A DNA stretch of 64,000 nucleotides, from assembly GCA_020137815.1 (NCBI GenBank), contig CM035362.1, positions 2,294,001 through 2,358,000 of the forward strand, in the 5' to 3' direction. The translations under genes were made by a program, and so were the position numbers. The stretch is from Hormiphora californensis. Taxonomy: Eukaryota > Animalia > Ctenophora. Shown here piece after piece: positions 1 through 16,389 of this stretch (position 1 is the stretch's first letter; the number at the start of each line of letters is the position of its first letter). The notes under the pieces are model-generated. The model was given only the letters and a program-made list of their open reading frames with translations, searched no databases and was not told the origin of the DNA.

Positions 1-87
<87 letters not shown>

Positions 88-671
88 CCTCTCTCTCTAT
101 TGCGATGTTATGGCAAAGAACACGTGTAAACTTTTCCTTACTTTTGTGCGTGCAGGGCACATCGTGTGTTCTTACAAAAACGAAAGCCCTGTGACATTTG
201 AGAAGATTAAAAAACCACACCGTTTATTATTTCAAATAATTGAAGCATGCCAAAATCCTGAACAAATAAATCCTGAATATAATATTATGCATGGTCTAGT
301 ATGTATCACGTGTAAATTACGCCAGACGAACGATGTGTGAAACAATCATCCCCCCCCCCTCTCTCTCAAACTACACAATCCACTATTCCTCTCCCTCTCT
401 AATCCCATTGAACTTCCTACCTAGCTCCGTTTGTAGAAGATGGTAAAAGAGAGATTATGACACTTGGAAGGGTAGATTATTCAGCCGAGAACAACTTTAC
501 ACACCACCTCTACCTGGAGAAAATATTTTAGGAGCCCCCTTCTAACGAGACTACACATAATCCAGGGACATAATATATCACTGATCCTCCTGCTACTTCT
601 TGTCTCTTTTTCTCTCCAGTTGAGAGACAGCTCAGATTTGAGTCTTTGGAGATCAAAAAGACTGAATCACC

Positions 672-3600
672 ATGAAGACGTTCGCGAAGTTATGTGCGGT
701 CCTCTTGATCGCCTGTTTCTCCCTCATTTACGTGTTCACAATGCCAGCAGTCAGCGACCTCTCTCCCCTTGAACACGAGCGGAAACAACTCGATGTTGAA
801 GACATGGTTCAGAAAATCAAGAAGGATTACAATTCTGTGTCTATTGCACAGCAACACAAACAGCAACAGCAACAGCAACAACAGCAACAGCAACAGCAAC
901 ATCATGTTGTCAATATTGATAACGAAGACAGGACTGTCGATGAGAAAGCGTTGTATAACGATCCGTATATCAATGTGCAGTATCGAGTTGTTGATGATGG
1001 TGTGGTGGGAGTGAAGTTTGATGAAGTTAGTTATATTGAGGGTAGCCAGCATGATCCTGATCCCTTGAAGTTGAACAGTTTCGATCAGCAGAAGAGTGAT
1101 GCAATTGGTAAGTTAAACCTCGAGTTATACAGTCGGTCGTCGGACCCCGATTTACTAAATCTGGGTTCCGACTTTAGGTAAATCGGGGGCCAGTAAATCA
1201 AGGTTTCACTATATTGGGTGTTTTTGACATTTTCAATTGTCGGAAGATTTAGTGTCTGTTTAGATTCATAATCAGGCAATAAAATTTGTATAATTTGTTG
1301 TCGAATTTGTTGTCGATTTGTAGGTTGTTGTTGTCGAATTGTAGATGGCGTGTGTGCCCCAACTATGTGTGTGCAATGTTACTAATTATCATCCGGTCAA
1401 TTTGGAAAGTACTGGTGTTCACTGTCCTGTCAAGCTATGTCACACTGTTACCTCTCTATCTGTGTGTTTGTCTGTCTGTCTGTTTGTCTGTCTGTTTGTT
1501 GTGGTGCTAGTCTAATAGTTTTCATAACCTTTACTACAAAGACTTCTTTTTCCCTAATTGCCTCCCCCTCTTTAAGTATAACCCTCGCCTCTCCCATACG
1601 TAACGAACACCCTGTATAATAGCCCCTTCCTTCCCTACCAGGTTCAGACAGAGCGGTGCTAGATTCCCGGCACTTCTCCTGCCGTCAACACGCCCCCTGG
1701 GAAGCCATGGGTCTCCCTCCTACCAGTATTATCATGACCTTCCATAACGAGGCTCGGTCTGCTCTACTTCGATCAGTCGCGTAAGTAGTACAGGAAACAC
1801 TGGTCCCTGATTGGCTGATAACCAGTCACGTGACTTAAATAACGAGTTCTGATTGGTTGTTTACTTGTTTCGGTCGGTTCCTGGTAAGTAGTACAGTCGG
1901 ACCCCGATTTACCGGGATGCTCATTGCTCGGGGGAAAGGGTTTTGACCGGTAAATCGGGGTACCCCGTACCCGGTATATAATCGGGGTCAAACACCGTGA
2001 ATTTCCTATATTGGGAGAATTTTATCCTCCCGGTAAATCGGGATTCCGGTAAATCAGGGCCCGGTAAATCGGGGTCCGACTGTAGCTTTATATATCAGAT
2101 CATGATTGTGGGTGTAGTGCAGTAGGGAGAACATGTGTCTATCTGCATGTCTAGATGTCTAATCGGTGTCTCGTATCTCTTTATATGTATGATCTAATGT
2201 AATAATTAGAAGACTGGATGTGTTACATGTCGTATCTGAAGTCAACCCAATCCATAGACCAGGAGTTGTGTAGCTCAAACTGCACTTATTTCTCTGGGAG
2301 GCAGGAACCGACAGGAGATACTGGTCCCTGATTGGCTGATAACCAGTCACGTGACCTAAATAACGAGTTCTGATTGGTCGTTTACTTGTGTCGGTCGGTT
2401 CCTGCTGGGAGAGTTCGGCAGATGAATCCAGAAGATATAAAATAGTTGACTGCTATTATCAATGAACATGTTAGTAACAGTCTGTGTGATACTCACTACT
2501 GTTTCGAATACTAATGACTGCAGTAGATATCCCTTTGAGACCGCCGCTTTGTACACATTTAGTGAGGGAGAGAGAGGAGGGTTGTCTGTCATATACTGAG
2601 CTGTAATGTCGTGAAGTTATAAGTTTGTTGGATATTCTTTTCCCATTCTTTTCGTAAGTTTTCATAAACAATATAGCAGATCTTGGTAATGAAATTCCCC
2701 CTCTGCAATAATAGGGGTGACTTCGTAACCAATAGCGGATCTACCTTCCGAAAATACAAAATCCTAACTCTACAACCTCCATTATCAGGTCAGTGATAAA
2801 GCAAACACCGGAGAATCTGTTGTCAGACATCATTCTAGTTGATGATTGTAGTGATGATGAAGACACTGGGAGACTTCTTAGGGCACTGAACCCTAAAATA
2901 AAGGTACGGAGAGGGAGATTCGTCTTACCGTTCCCTGCAGAGTTTCATAAAGTTAGGTAACAGATAGTGAGTGAGAGAGCCACTGTGGTATGGAGAGGGA
3001 GAGAGTAGAGAGAGAGTAGAGGGAGAGAGAGGGAAAGCCGAGATAAAATAAAAACTAGATCTATACAGTAAGCAGTAGCCACGAGCCAGTATCTCGAGAC
3101 TCAATGATTTATCATAAAATGTCAAGAATCTTCATTTATTCGAACCTTTACTTGACTTTTTTATAATGAGCTTCAGATGTAACTTCGAAATAAAGTGATT
3201 CCTTCGAATGAGAGATTAAGTGACGTCAGATATTGAAATGTCACTTTGTACGAAGATCAAATGTTCGATGTACGAAGATTTTAAATCATAAAATGTTCGA
3301 TGGAACAGAAGAGACACTCTGTAGTAAGTTGGTCCTGCTACAGAGTTTCTCTTAATTTCTGTAGCACTGGTCCAGGTGTTTTACAATGGTGTGTCATTAT
3401 TATAGCAGCTGTTGAGCAGCTGGTGATGTATTCAAACAGCTAGAGGGATGGAGAATGGAACAGCTAGAGGGATGAAGAATAGAAGAGAGAGACATGCCGA
3501 GAGAGTTCTATCTAGACCTTTCTCTCGCTCTTTTCCCTTGAGAGAGTTTATATCAATTAAAGTTAGGACTGGCTAGAACTGGCTATAACAGTAACATGAT

Positions 3601-6600
3601 AATTGATTCGGAGATGTTACAGCTCTTGCCATTAGTTCTAAACCCACCCTGTCAACCGATTTTCTCTCTCTAACCACTTTCTCTAACCACGTTCTATAGT
3701 CTGTCCTAAACCGCCCAACTCTCTAACCACTAAACCACTCCTTCAGTTGTTACGGAACTACAAGCGAGAAGGACTAGTGAGATCCAGAATATACGGTGCC
3801 CTCAACGCCCAGGGACCTGTCCTAACTTTCCTGGACTCTCATATTGAATGCAACAAGGATTGGGTAAGTAGAGATCTAACACTTTTGAAAATGGTTGAAT
3901 GTTGATCTATGGTGATATTTGAAATTGGATTTTGTTAGTGATACGAACGGACCTTTTTATTAAAATATGTGTATCGGTTCAAATTAAATTAGTTTCAACT
4001 CTCCATGCAGGTTCAGCCGCTTCTAAAGCAGCTGAAAGACAAACCCCGGGGTATTGTGAGTCCCATCATTGATCCTATCAAAGCAGATAGTCTGGAGTAT
4101 AGGGTTGCCAGCAGTAATATTAAAGGTAATTAGGGGTCATTAGAGAGGTAATAAGGACTTAATTAGTAGGTCATTTTCACACAAAATATAATTTTAGTGC
4201 AGACCCTCTGTTTATTCCATCACATTTGTGTTTTTACATTCGTGGCATCTCTAAACCCTCCCTCACACAGGTGGTTTTACCTGGGCCCTTCATTTCACCT
4301 GGGTAGCCCTGACAGATAAAGACAAGGCTGAGAGGACTAAAGAGAGTGACCCAATTGTTACCCCAATGATAGCCGGGGGACTATTCTCTGTAGAGAAGGA
4401 ATGGTTCTTTGAGTAAGTGTTTTTATGTTTTTTTAAAGTTTCTAAAAACGATCCCCAAACGATCTACCTTACTTCTCCGTGACCTGGTTCGACCTATCAA
4501 GTCGACTACAAACATAATTGGCGTACATAATCAATTTATAACTTGAATTTTATTGTCATTGTCCGCGTCAACTTCTTTTCATTTCACCCAATTTCAGGTC
4601 TGGTTCATATGATACAAACATGGATATCTGGGGCGGGGAGAACTTTGAGATCTCCTTCAAGAATTGGATGTGCGGGGGATATCTATATATCATGCCCTGT
4701 TCCAGAGTGGGTCACATCTTCAGGAAGAAACACCCCTACACCTTCCCTGATGGTAAGTGCTGGTTAACTGTTACCCGGCTGATATTGGTGGGGATAAATT
4801 GGGCCTTGTTATGTTCTAACCCTCCTTTACAATTGCCGTTGCGGGGTCACGGAGAGAGAGAGAGAGGGCCAGGGTCGAACAAGGGAAATTGAGTAGACTC
4901 AAGACTGTAGACATGCCACTAGGAGATTTCTCAATTTTGTAAACCCCCTCCTTGTCAAATTTAATCCTTGTTCCATTTACCGCTATTTATTCCCTTTTGT
5001 CACATGTATTTGTCCCATTAATCCCCTCTTTTCATATTTAATCTCTCTTGTCGCATTTATTCCCATCAGTCCTATCATTAAATTTTGAAATGTCTAAAAG
5101 AGAGAATGAGGAATACATGGGGGTACTCAGACGGCCTTTCTCCCAATACATACGTCATTCATTTCTCTCTCTTCACTTTCATCCATATATTACCTTGGTA
5201 TCGAAGACACCTCACACTCTCACGGGCGACCTTCGCGTGCACTGGCAAGGGGTTACTTCGTAACCAATATATTACCCATATTTCTGATTTTCTTTGTACG
5301 GTTCAATACTTTCCAGTTCATAGTTCACCTTCATACCAGTTTGTGTACATTTTCCTGTGTCTTGCAGTAAACTGCTAGGTAAATAGCCTAGCCCAGTAAG
5401 TAGTGTGGCGTGTTTTCTCTTTTACAATAGACATTATAACACAAATAGAGCTGTAGAGGGGAATATGAATATGTTGGAGAAAGGGAGAGTTTAGAAGTGA
5501 AGTAAGTGAAGTTTATCGAAATAAAAAAAGAGAGAAAAGGGATGAGAGAGAAGGTGAGAGGGAGAGAAATGGAGAGAGTAAAGCGAGAGAAAAGAGATAG
5601 AGGAAGGCGATAGAAAAGAGAGAGTGGTAGTTAAAGGCGGAAGTATGTGTACGCTTCACCACACGAAAAGTGTTTTACAGTTTACCCATGCATCTCGCCT
5701 ATACTTCAATGGAAGAGACCCAGCCTCTCGGCACAAGGAGTAGAGATATATCTGGATATATTAGAGATAGACAATTAGACATAAATGAAAGATATTAGAG
5801 ATAGACATGGAGATATTATATGTAGGCATGGATGATATTAGGGATAAAAAAGATAGAAATAGAATGAGTTGTTAGAGATTATAGATAGTAGATGTTACAG
5901 AGAGGTGAGTAAAGTTGGGCTGAGAGAAGCTACATTTTAGGAGATGACATGTAATATTAGGAATATAGTTGTCAACTGAGAAATATGTGATGCCAGACCG
6001 AGAAATATATAGAGATCAAGAAATAGATGCATGTGTCATTAAAATTATGTAATTCGTGGATATTTTATTATAGTAAATTTGTCGATAGATGTTTCGTTTT
6101 AATTTGTCACCAAGGGGGATCCAATAGTAAAACGAGTAACGACATTAAATATTCATGTCCATGGATAAATGATAATGTCCATCTTCTCTCAATATTTCAA
6201 TTAACAGTTGAACAACAGACAGAACGTTACATAACAGTCGAATAACATAACATTACAATATATGAGCTAGCTGGATGAAACAGGAAATAAATTTGGAAAA
6301 ATTATGTTTATACGCCTTGTTGTTCTCTCCATTCATCTCTACACTGTCTATCTCTCCCTCTATCTGTTCTAGAATATATTCCGGTGTGTCGGTGTCAGGA
6401 CCATTGGTGGTGTGTATGTGTGTGGGGGTGGTGGTGGTCTGAGGGCTAGCCCACACACACACACACACATGACAGGAAGTGCTATGAATGAACATTAACC
6501 ATTATGATAATTTATCTCCCCCCTTGTCTGATCAAGCACAGGTCCCTATATTATCACTCACCAACCAATCTCTCTCTCTCTCTTTCTCTTCTAGTTAATC

Positions 6601-7983
6601 GGACTATTCATGTATGTAGTAAAGATGAGAGGTCCCCTATCCAGAAGATCATGGACCCATTATCTCTCTCTCCATCGCCCTCGGCCCTCACTATCACTCT
6701 CCCTTTCTCTCCCTGTCTCTCTCACTATCTATCGACCCATTCATCTATCGAATCTCTGCTTCAGGGAACGGTAAGACGTACAGTATGAATACTAAGCTGG
6801 TTGCCGAGGTATGGATGGACAATTACAAGGAGCTCTTTTACCAAAACAGACCTTCAGCGAGGTAAGTAGCTCACACTACATTTCATAAAATGATATCACA
6901 GAGCGAGCAATGGTAAAATCTGCGTTTCTGTATTTTAGCTGTTATCCATCCAATCTGCCCTTCTTCTTTTTTGGGAGTGTCGGGTTTGAAACCCTAATGA
7001 TTTATCGCGACTTTCGTCAATGCGATGTGGTCGATACTTATTTAGTGTGAGTTCTCGTGACCACCCTTTTCCCTGGTTTCTAAGCCTTGTTATGTCTGCT
7101 GAAACCCAATCCTACAAAGTACAAGTATGTGTCATACTAAGTATCTATCTATGAGGGATTTGCAACGTATCTCAAATCCTCATTTTCCATTGGTTACGAA
7201 GTCACCCCTGTTATTATATTGCATATGGGCTTTTGCGGAGGTGTAATTTCATTTTCCCACACAGGTTCAGTGAAATTGGTGATATAAGTGGCCGAAAGAA
7301 GATGCGAGATGACTTAAAATGTAACGACTTCCAATGGTAGGTAGTTCTGTTTAAAAGTAGATCTGTTTAGAAGGGCATTCCACATTCTAGAGAAACAAGT
7401 TCACTACTCAATGCAACATTTTGTGACAAGGCTATTTGAATACTTGGGTTCCACAGAATCTAATACAATATAGATGATTCTGCGGACCTAGACCTAGATT
7501 AGTTATAAATGAATACAAAGATGAGGGTGATGTCTCATATTTGACATATATAATCTTCACAATTCTAGAAATCAAATTTGACAGATTCGAGAATTTCAAT
7601 GGTCTCTCTTCCCTTTGGGAGGAGTTCTCGAAAAATACAATGTCCCCCATTTGGTGCATTATTCTGTCAAAGTAAATACTGGTGGCAATGCATACCATGT
7701 TTCTTTGATAGCCCCTCGAACCACTAAATACCTAATTTCTCTTTTGCCCGTCCTCTTCCCTCCATCCCTTTCCCTTTTTATGTCTCTCCCATTCTCTCTC
7801 TAAATCTCTCTTTCAATCTCTAAATCTCTCCCTTTATCTCTCTATATCTCTCCCTTTCTCTCTCTATGTGTGAAAGATGGTGCTCTGAAGGACAAAAGGC
7901 CAAGGAGCGCTCCACATGTTCACTGTTCAGCACTACACTAGCTCACAGCTGTCTTTACACAACATCTCTCTGTCTTTCTCCGT

Positions 7984-8058
<75 letters not shown>

Positions 8059-9025
8059 CTCTCAAAGAGAATTCAATTTTTCAACAATTAATCTCTTTGT
8101 CATTTCTCGCTGTACTATCTGACATTAAGATCCAGACCATGACGTGGAGGATGCGTACGTGTAGTTACGTGGCATAAAACATGTGTATCTTGAGACACAT
8201 ATTTTAATAATAAAATGTAGTCTATCTGTCGCCCTATTATGGCCTAATTTTCCTCCCCAGGTATCTAGACAACATCTACCCTCCCCTTTCCCCTCCCCCA
8301 GGTATCTAGATAACATATACCCGGAGCTCCACATACCCAAGACGACCCAAGTAACAATCTCTCAAGACGGCTGGTGTCTGGATAGTATGGGAGGGGGCGA
8401 CAATCTGGTTGGGCTGTACAAATGTCATCGGTCTGGAGGCAACCAGAACTGGGTAAGTGTGCGAGTGAGTCTGACAAATTCAACTTACCTACTACACTCA
8501 CTTTCTCTCGTGGTACCCCTCCCCCTTCAACTCCCCCTTTACTAATATCATGTATACCCCCTCCCCCTTTACTTACTGCAACCCCCCCCCCCCCCGCCTT
8601 TTACTTACCGCACACCATCTCTCACAGAAAGTGGATAGTGCCAACAAGAAGGTCCAACAGAATGATGATTGTCTAACAATAATGGAGGAGGGACTATCGT
8701 TGAAGGACTGCCAAACAGGCAACATGAACCAACAGTACGTACACAAACATCTTTTGAGTTCGTTGTAATAAACAAATCTCCCCTCTAAAAAGATCCTTCA
8801 GAGTTTTGAATGGAAAATCAATAAATGTCAATAAACTGTACAACACGATTCTAACTCCCACTTCCCCCAACTCCCCCACTCCCCCACAGGTTTGAAGTGA
8901 ACACAGAGTACAAATCCCTGTACAACAGCTACCATAACGTGTGCCTTACTATCAAGAATCCCCGGACGAAGTTTATCAGTGTAGGGGAGTGTAAAGAACA
9001 ACAGTGGGATATCAAAGATGTATAG
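672..9025 (+). CDS. GALNT: Polypeptide N-acetylgalactosaminyltransferase (GT27, GALNT2-like), 12 coding exons
   Basis: GT-AG exons at about 672-1107, 1642-1780, 2789-2903, 3747-3863, 4011-4125, 4271-4412, 4598-4752, 6765-6861, 7265-7335, 8302-8452, 8628-8734 and 8890-9025. The protein has an N-terminal signal anchor, [44 protein letters not shown] (DxH), [35 protein letters not shown] and a ricin-type lectin domain (CLD...CH..GGNQNW). TAG at 9023-9025. Confidence 0.95.
1894..2082. mobile_element. TA-flanked MITE (Tc1/mariner/pogo-type); fragments also at about 1138-1220 and 47191-47230
   Basis: ta|CAGTCGGACCCCGATTTACCGGG ... CCCGGTAAATCGGGGTCCGACTG|ta. Confidence 0.85.
2302..2404. mobile_element. 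hAT-type MITE copy in GALNT intron 2
   Basis: Same internal sequence and TIRs; near-TSD CTGGGAGG / CTGGGAGA. Confidence 0.8.
4803..4884. repeat. Short dispersed repeat family (copies about 14584, 24188, 24930, 36836, 59248)
   Basis: Recurrent tgttctaaccctcctttaca ... gggtcgaacaagg. Confidence 0.6.
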
Positions 9026-9994
9026 TTGGGGGAACTATTACATCTTTTGAATATATTGAGATTATATCACATTGGGACTAAGATAGTGTGTGTGGTTGAT
9101 ATATTTTGTGTCCTGTTTCTCGTACGGACCCGTGTAATTGCCCATTGTTTTGCAAAGCAAGATCTAGAGGACACTTAGAATTGTCCGAACGCTACACGGG
9201 ATAGTCTGGACAAACAGTCAGATATTACATGTTTATACCCGGGTTTATGCATTTTGTGGAATTTTGAAAAACAGAGGGAGTACTCTGCTTTTCTTTTTAA
9301 CAATAATAAATATACGAATATACTTTAACTGCCGGCATATGTACCTATACAACGACACGTCTGGGGTTATATTGATATTTTGAGATACTATCTAGGATGA
9401 TGATTATAATTTTTTCGAGAACAATATTATATTGATTTTGCATTGATTGTTTATGTGTTGGGAACTACAAATGAACATATATCTATTTTCTTAGACTTGT
9501 TACAAAGTTGGGTATTTTTCTTTCTATTTACACGACCCAGACAGTGCAACCCTGCTTTCCAGCTCACGACCTGCGGATATGAGATCTGAGGCATTGTTGT
9601 AAGGCGCGGTGACATAATCCCAGACCACACACCCTCGCGCTCAGACGAGCAACACGCCACGACGTATGGAGAGAAGCCATAGAATTGATGCGCGTTTCAG
9701 CACGTGCGCGGTAAAGTACTCAGTGCTGGCGGTGAATGCTTTTGTTACAGAGGCGAGGAGTTGAGGATCGCGCGTTACGTAAAATACAACGTTGGTTGCT
9801 AGGGATGGAAGTTTGGGACTGAGTGACGGACCTGTTGAAAAAGAGAAAGCGTTGAATGCTTTTTTGGGAAAACTTATTTAGAAAAGTTCAATAATAATAC
9901 ATCTGATAATACACGCAATATTTACATCTGTACAGTCTCTCTGAAATAGTTTTAAAGTCTCTGATATACCAACGGGGGGATGTTCTATGTATCG

Positions 9995-10346
9995 TTAGCT
10001 TGACTCAGCGGGGGCTTTGGCAGGGGCGGGAGGTTCTGGTCGGATCTCTCCCTCATCGCCAACAAACACTCCCTTCCCATCCACTAACTTCTCTATCTCA
10101 CTGGAGAGTTAGGGTGAGTTTAGAGTTAGAATCAAACAAATAGACATTAGACAGACAGACATACAGAGAGACAGACATACAAACAAACAAACAAACAATA
10201 TCCCCTATAACTCACGTAATTATGTATTGTATGGGGTCCTGTGGTTGATGATATACAATGTTGGCTGTAAGATTGTGGAACAAAGGTACCACATGATGCT
10301 CCTCAAGATACTGGAGAGCTTGACCGTAGGGATCTGAGTCAGTCAT
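9995..10346 (-). CDS. Small (~79 aa) RIIa/Dpy-30-like dimerisation-docking domain protein (TEX55/EFCAB10-like), 2 exons
   Basis: Exon 1 (10346-10216) encodes MTDSDPYGQALQYLEEHHVVPLFHNLTANIVYHQPQDPIQYII and ends at a gtgagt donor. Exon 2 follows ctccag and encodes TEIEKLVDGKGVFVGDEGEIRPEPPAPAKAPAESS*. The YLEEH..L..L....P.DP..YI pattern is typical of D/D domains. Confidence 0.75.
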
Positions 10347-10605
10347 AATGTGGTAGCTAGGGAACGACTTGGAATTAGGAAATGAAAAATTTATTGGGGA
10401 CAAGTTTAGACAAGACAAATTTTGTAAAATCACAGTTTTGGGCGGAAAAATGTCTTCAAAAAAAACCATACATCAAATGTAACGGGAATATATCGCAATC
10501 TTTTAAAAATCAAAATTAAATCCGGCACACATTTTCAAAACTCGTTGAGAAAATCACCAGATGTATTAAAACACACACTAAATCATGGATGGTTGGTCTC
10601 TGTCT

Positions 10606-13422
<2,817 letters not shown>

Positions 13423-14123
13423 GGCGGCAGTTCTGGGGCTGGGGGAGTGGCCGGTGAAGGATAGGGAAGTGGGGTAAGCAACTAACTTTAAATATGGAAG
13501 AAGAAAGCTTATTCAAAGCTGAGAAGGGTCAAGGAGGGAGTCTGGAGATACAAAGAAACGCGGATATGCAGGGGTAAAATAAATTATGTACACACATTTT
13601 ACAAGGAAAGAGCGACTAATAATTACACAAGAAGCTATACACTGATGAACATGATGTAGAAGTGCGAGAATCTGATGAGTGATGAACATGCAACATTAAT
13701 GAATAAAGCACCCAGAGAGAAATTAACGTTACTCTCTCACTAGGGGGTCCTATACAATGGAATGAGCAGGTGCAGAATACACACTGCTACGGGGTAATAT
13801 GAGAGAGAATGTACATAACACACAGAGCAAAATAGAAGGAAGGAGTAGTGCCAGCGTAATAACTGACCACTCTCTAGAAAAGTCTCTCTTCCTTTCCATA
13901 TTTAATTGCATGTTCTCCTTCTCTCTGTCTTTCATCTTCTCCGTCTCTCTACATCTCTCCCTATATCTCTCTTTCTGCGGACTGCGTGACCAGCACAAAT
14001 ACTTCTAGAACCCGCCAGAAGATCCAATCAACATGTATACTCTACAGCTCAGCCCTCTGATAAAGCTTGACCTCTGAAAATAAAATGAACCTCACTCTAA
14101 ATTCTCCATTGTCCACTCAATAT

Positions 14124-16389
14124 CTAAATGCCAGTAACCTCCCACAAACTCTCCAACGTGAATCCCTCTTTGATACTCTCAATAGCAAGCCCCAACTTTT
14201 CACAAAATACTGGCTCCCCATCTTCCTCCTTGTTCCCGTCAGCGTAGTATGCTGTAAAGGCGTCACTGGACGGGGCACTTCCCATTTCACCCGTTATCTC
14301 TATATCATCTTCTTCGTAGGATATCGTCAGTTGTTCCAGGGGCTCAATCTGTGGCAAAGGTGATTTTACTTGGTGGGAGATAAATAATTGGGGGCATGCC
14401 CAGGGGGGGGGATGAATTGTGAATTATGAGTGGTTGCTTCTGTGGTCAGATATCAAAAAATTTTACCTGGTCAAGTGGGTCATCGCCTGTCTGAAAATGA
14501 AGTGATATGTGTTGGTGATGAAATTGAAATATATGTACATGAAAACTGAAAAGTCTGAATAAACAAAGCACCTCCGGAATATCCTTGTTCTAACCCACCT
14601 AATTACAATTATTGTAAAAAGAGAGAGGGTCGAACTGCGAACAAGGCAAGAATATTACAACCCTTATCCCATTTTCCTCCTAACCTTATCCTCTATCTTG
14701 TACTGTACACCAAATATTGGGTTGGCACTGTATACCCGATACAGACTCTGTATCTCCTTCATGACCTCTTGAAGCCGGTCTACCGGGTCGATACGGAATC
14801 CTAGGACATACCCTCCTGCCTGAGAAATTGTGGAGTTAATTCCTGGAAATTGTATTTTTCAAAGATTTATAAAGGCAGAGGGGTGTTTGAAAAAGAAATA
14901 CGCGAATATAGAACAGCACCTAAAAAGCTCTTCCTACTTCTTACATTTCTTAGACTCTCCACTACCAGAGCAGTTCCGAACTTGCTGTCTCTGATCTTGA
15001 TAGCTCTCATTTGGACGTACGGGATACTGACCTGTGTTACAGGGGTGATGGGAGGGGGAGTTTGAGGGGATCCGGAAAATCGGGGTACGCAGGACCTTCA
15101 GGCGACAAGTCATGTTTGGTGAAAAATAATGGGGAGAAAGTGCATGGCAGCAATGATGTAGACTTACATTGAATGATTCATTGATTTCTGCGTGCCATAC
15201 CAGCCTAACATTTGTGATATAGAACGTTCCCAAATTACCCTGATCAGAGCTGAGGTTCCATACACCGTTTATCTGAAGAATAAGATATCATTATATATCC
15301 CACCTCACCAAGATCTAATTTAGTATGCAGATTAGGAAGAGGATGGGTGATTAGGAGAGACAGATAGTAAAGTGGCCGGGGGATAAACAAAATCAAAACA
15401 CACAGATGGAAAGAAAGGATCAAGGAAAAGACACCAAGATGTAAAAGAGTTATTAAACAAACCTTATCATAAACCTCCTCTAAAGGTAACAGCCTGAGTG
15501 TCTTGTTAGCAATGAGGGCACCCCTCAGTTTCAGATCTCGGTAAAGCTTGGAAGTTTCGTACGCTCTAATGGGAAGGTGTTTACAAGTGTGGGGTTTGGA
15601 ACAATTATTACAAACTTGCCTTTTTTTCTACAGCATATATAAATATCTCAGTCTCTATCCATTTCTATCATATTTAGTGAGTTTGTTCAATATTGTCGAG
15701 GTTTGCTTCTCAGTTTACTCACCTCTGTACAGCAAGTACACTGGTGAACAGTCTTGGTGTGTCGGGTACCAAGTTGGTGAAAATGAACTCAAATCGGGTA
15801 TTGTTACATCGAGTCAGAATGTAGAGGGCCTCTGTGTTACCACGCAGCTTGGATTCAACAGCCCGGGTTGAGATATTGATGACGGTACTGAACCCAACCG
15901 CTGAGGGAGGAGAGAAAATGGTTTTATTATCTGGGGTTCTGATAAGGTCAGTGGCCTAGTTGAATAGATTACATGTACTGATATAAACAATTTATAATCT
16001 GAACAGCTGAATGACACAACAATAATCACAAAATAACAGCTATGATCACTCACACAAGTTAATCCTGGGAAGGGTAGTTGAATGCCAAATGATCCTCAAG
16101 TTGGTCACCATTAACCTGCCCCTCTCTCCATTATTACCCTTGGTGTCCTCAATGCTGTCCAAATGATCAATCAACCTCTCACCAGATCTCATCTTCATCT
16201 GGCTGTAGGAATGGGATAATATGGGATAATAACTGTAAATAGGAGGGGTGAATAATGTAGTATCTCTTCGTTTCCTATTATAATATTTTCAGCTAATTTA
16301 ATTAACTTGGTTTATAATTACCTGAGTGGCACATCAAATCGGACATCTCTGTCCTCCCATAGCCGATCAGTGTCCAGTGTTGAATCCAT
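14124..16389 (-). CDS. BBS5: Bardet-Biedl syndrome 5 protein, 9 coding exons including a 24-nt microexon (14467-14490)
   Basis: [106 protein letters not shown] and C-terminal [18 protein letters not shown]. Confidence 0.96.

Noticed and set aside
690-1052. Antisense poly-Leu ORF
   Set aside because: It is the shadow of the GALNT poly-Q exon.
9545-9625. SRP/7SL-like words (ggcgcggtg...taatcccag; caggtc...gaaagcagg)
   Set aside because: The two words are on opposite strands and helix-8 spacing does not fit. I also found no RNase P/MRP or telomerase-template motif.
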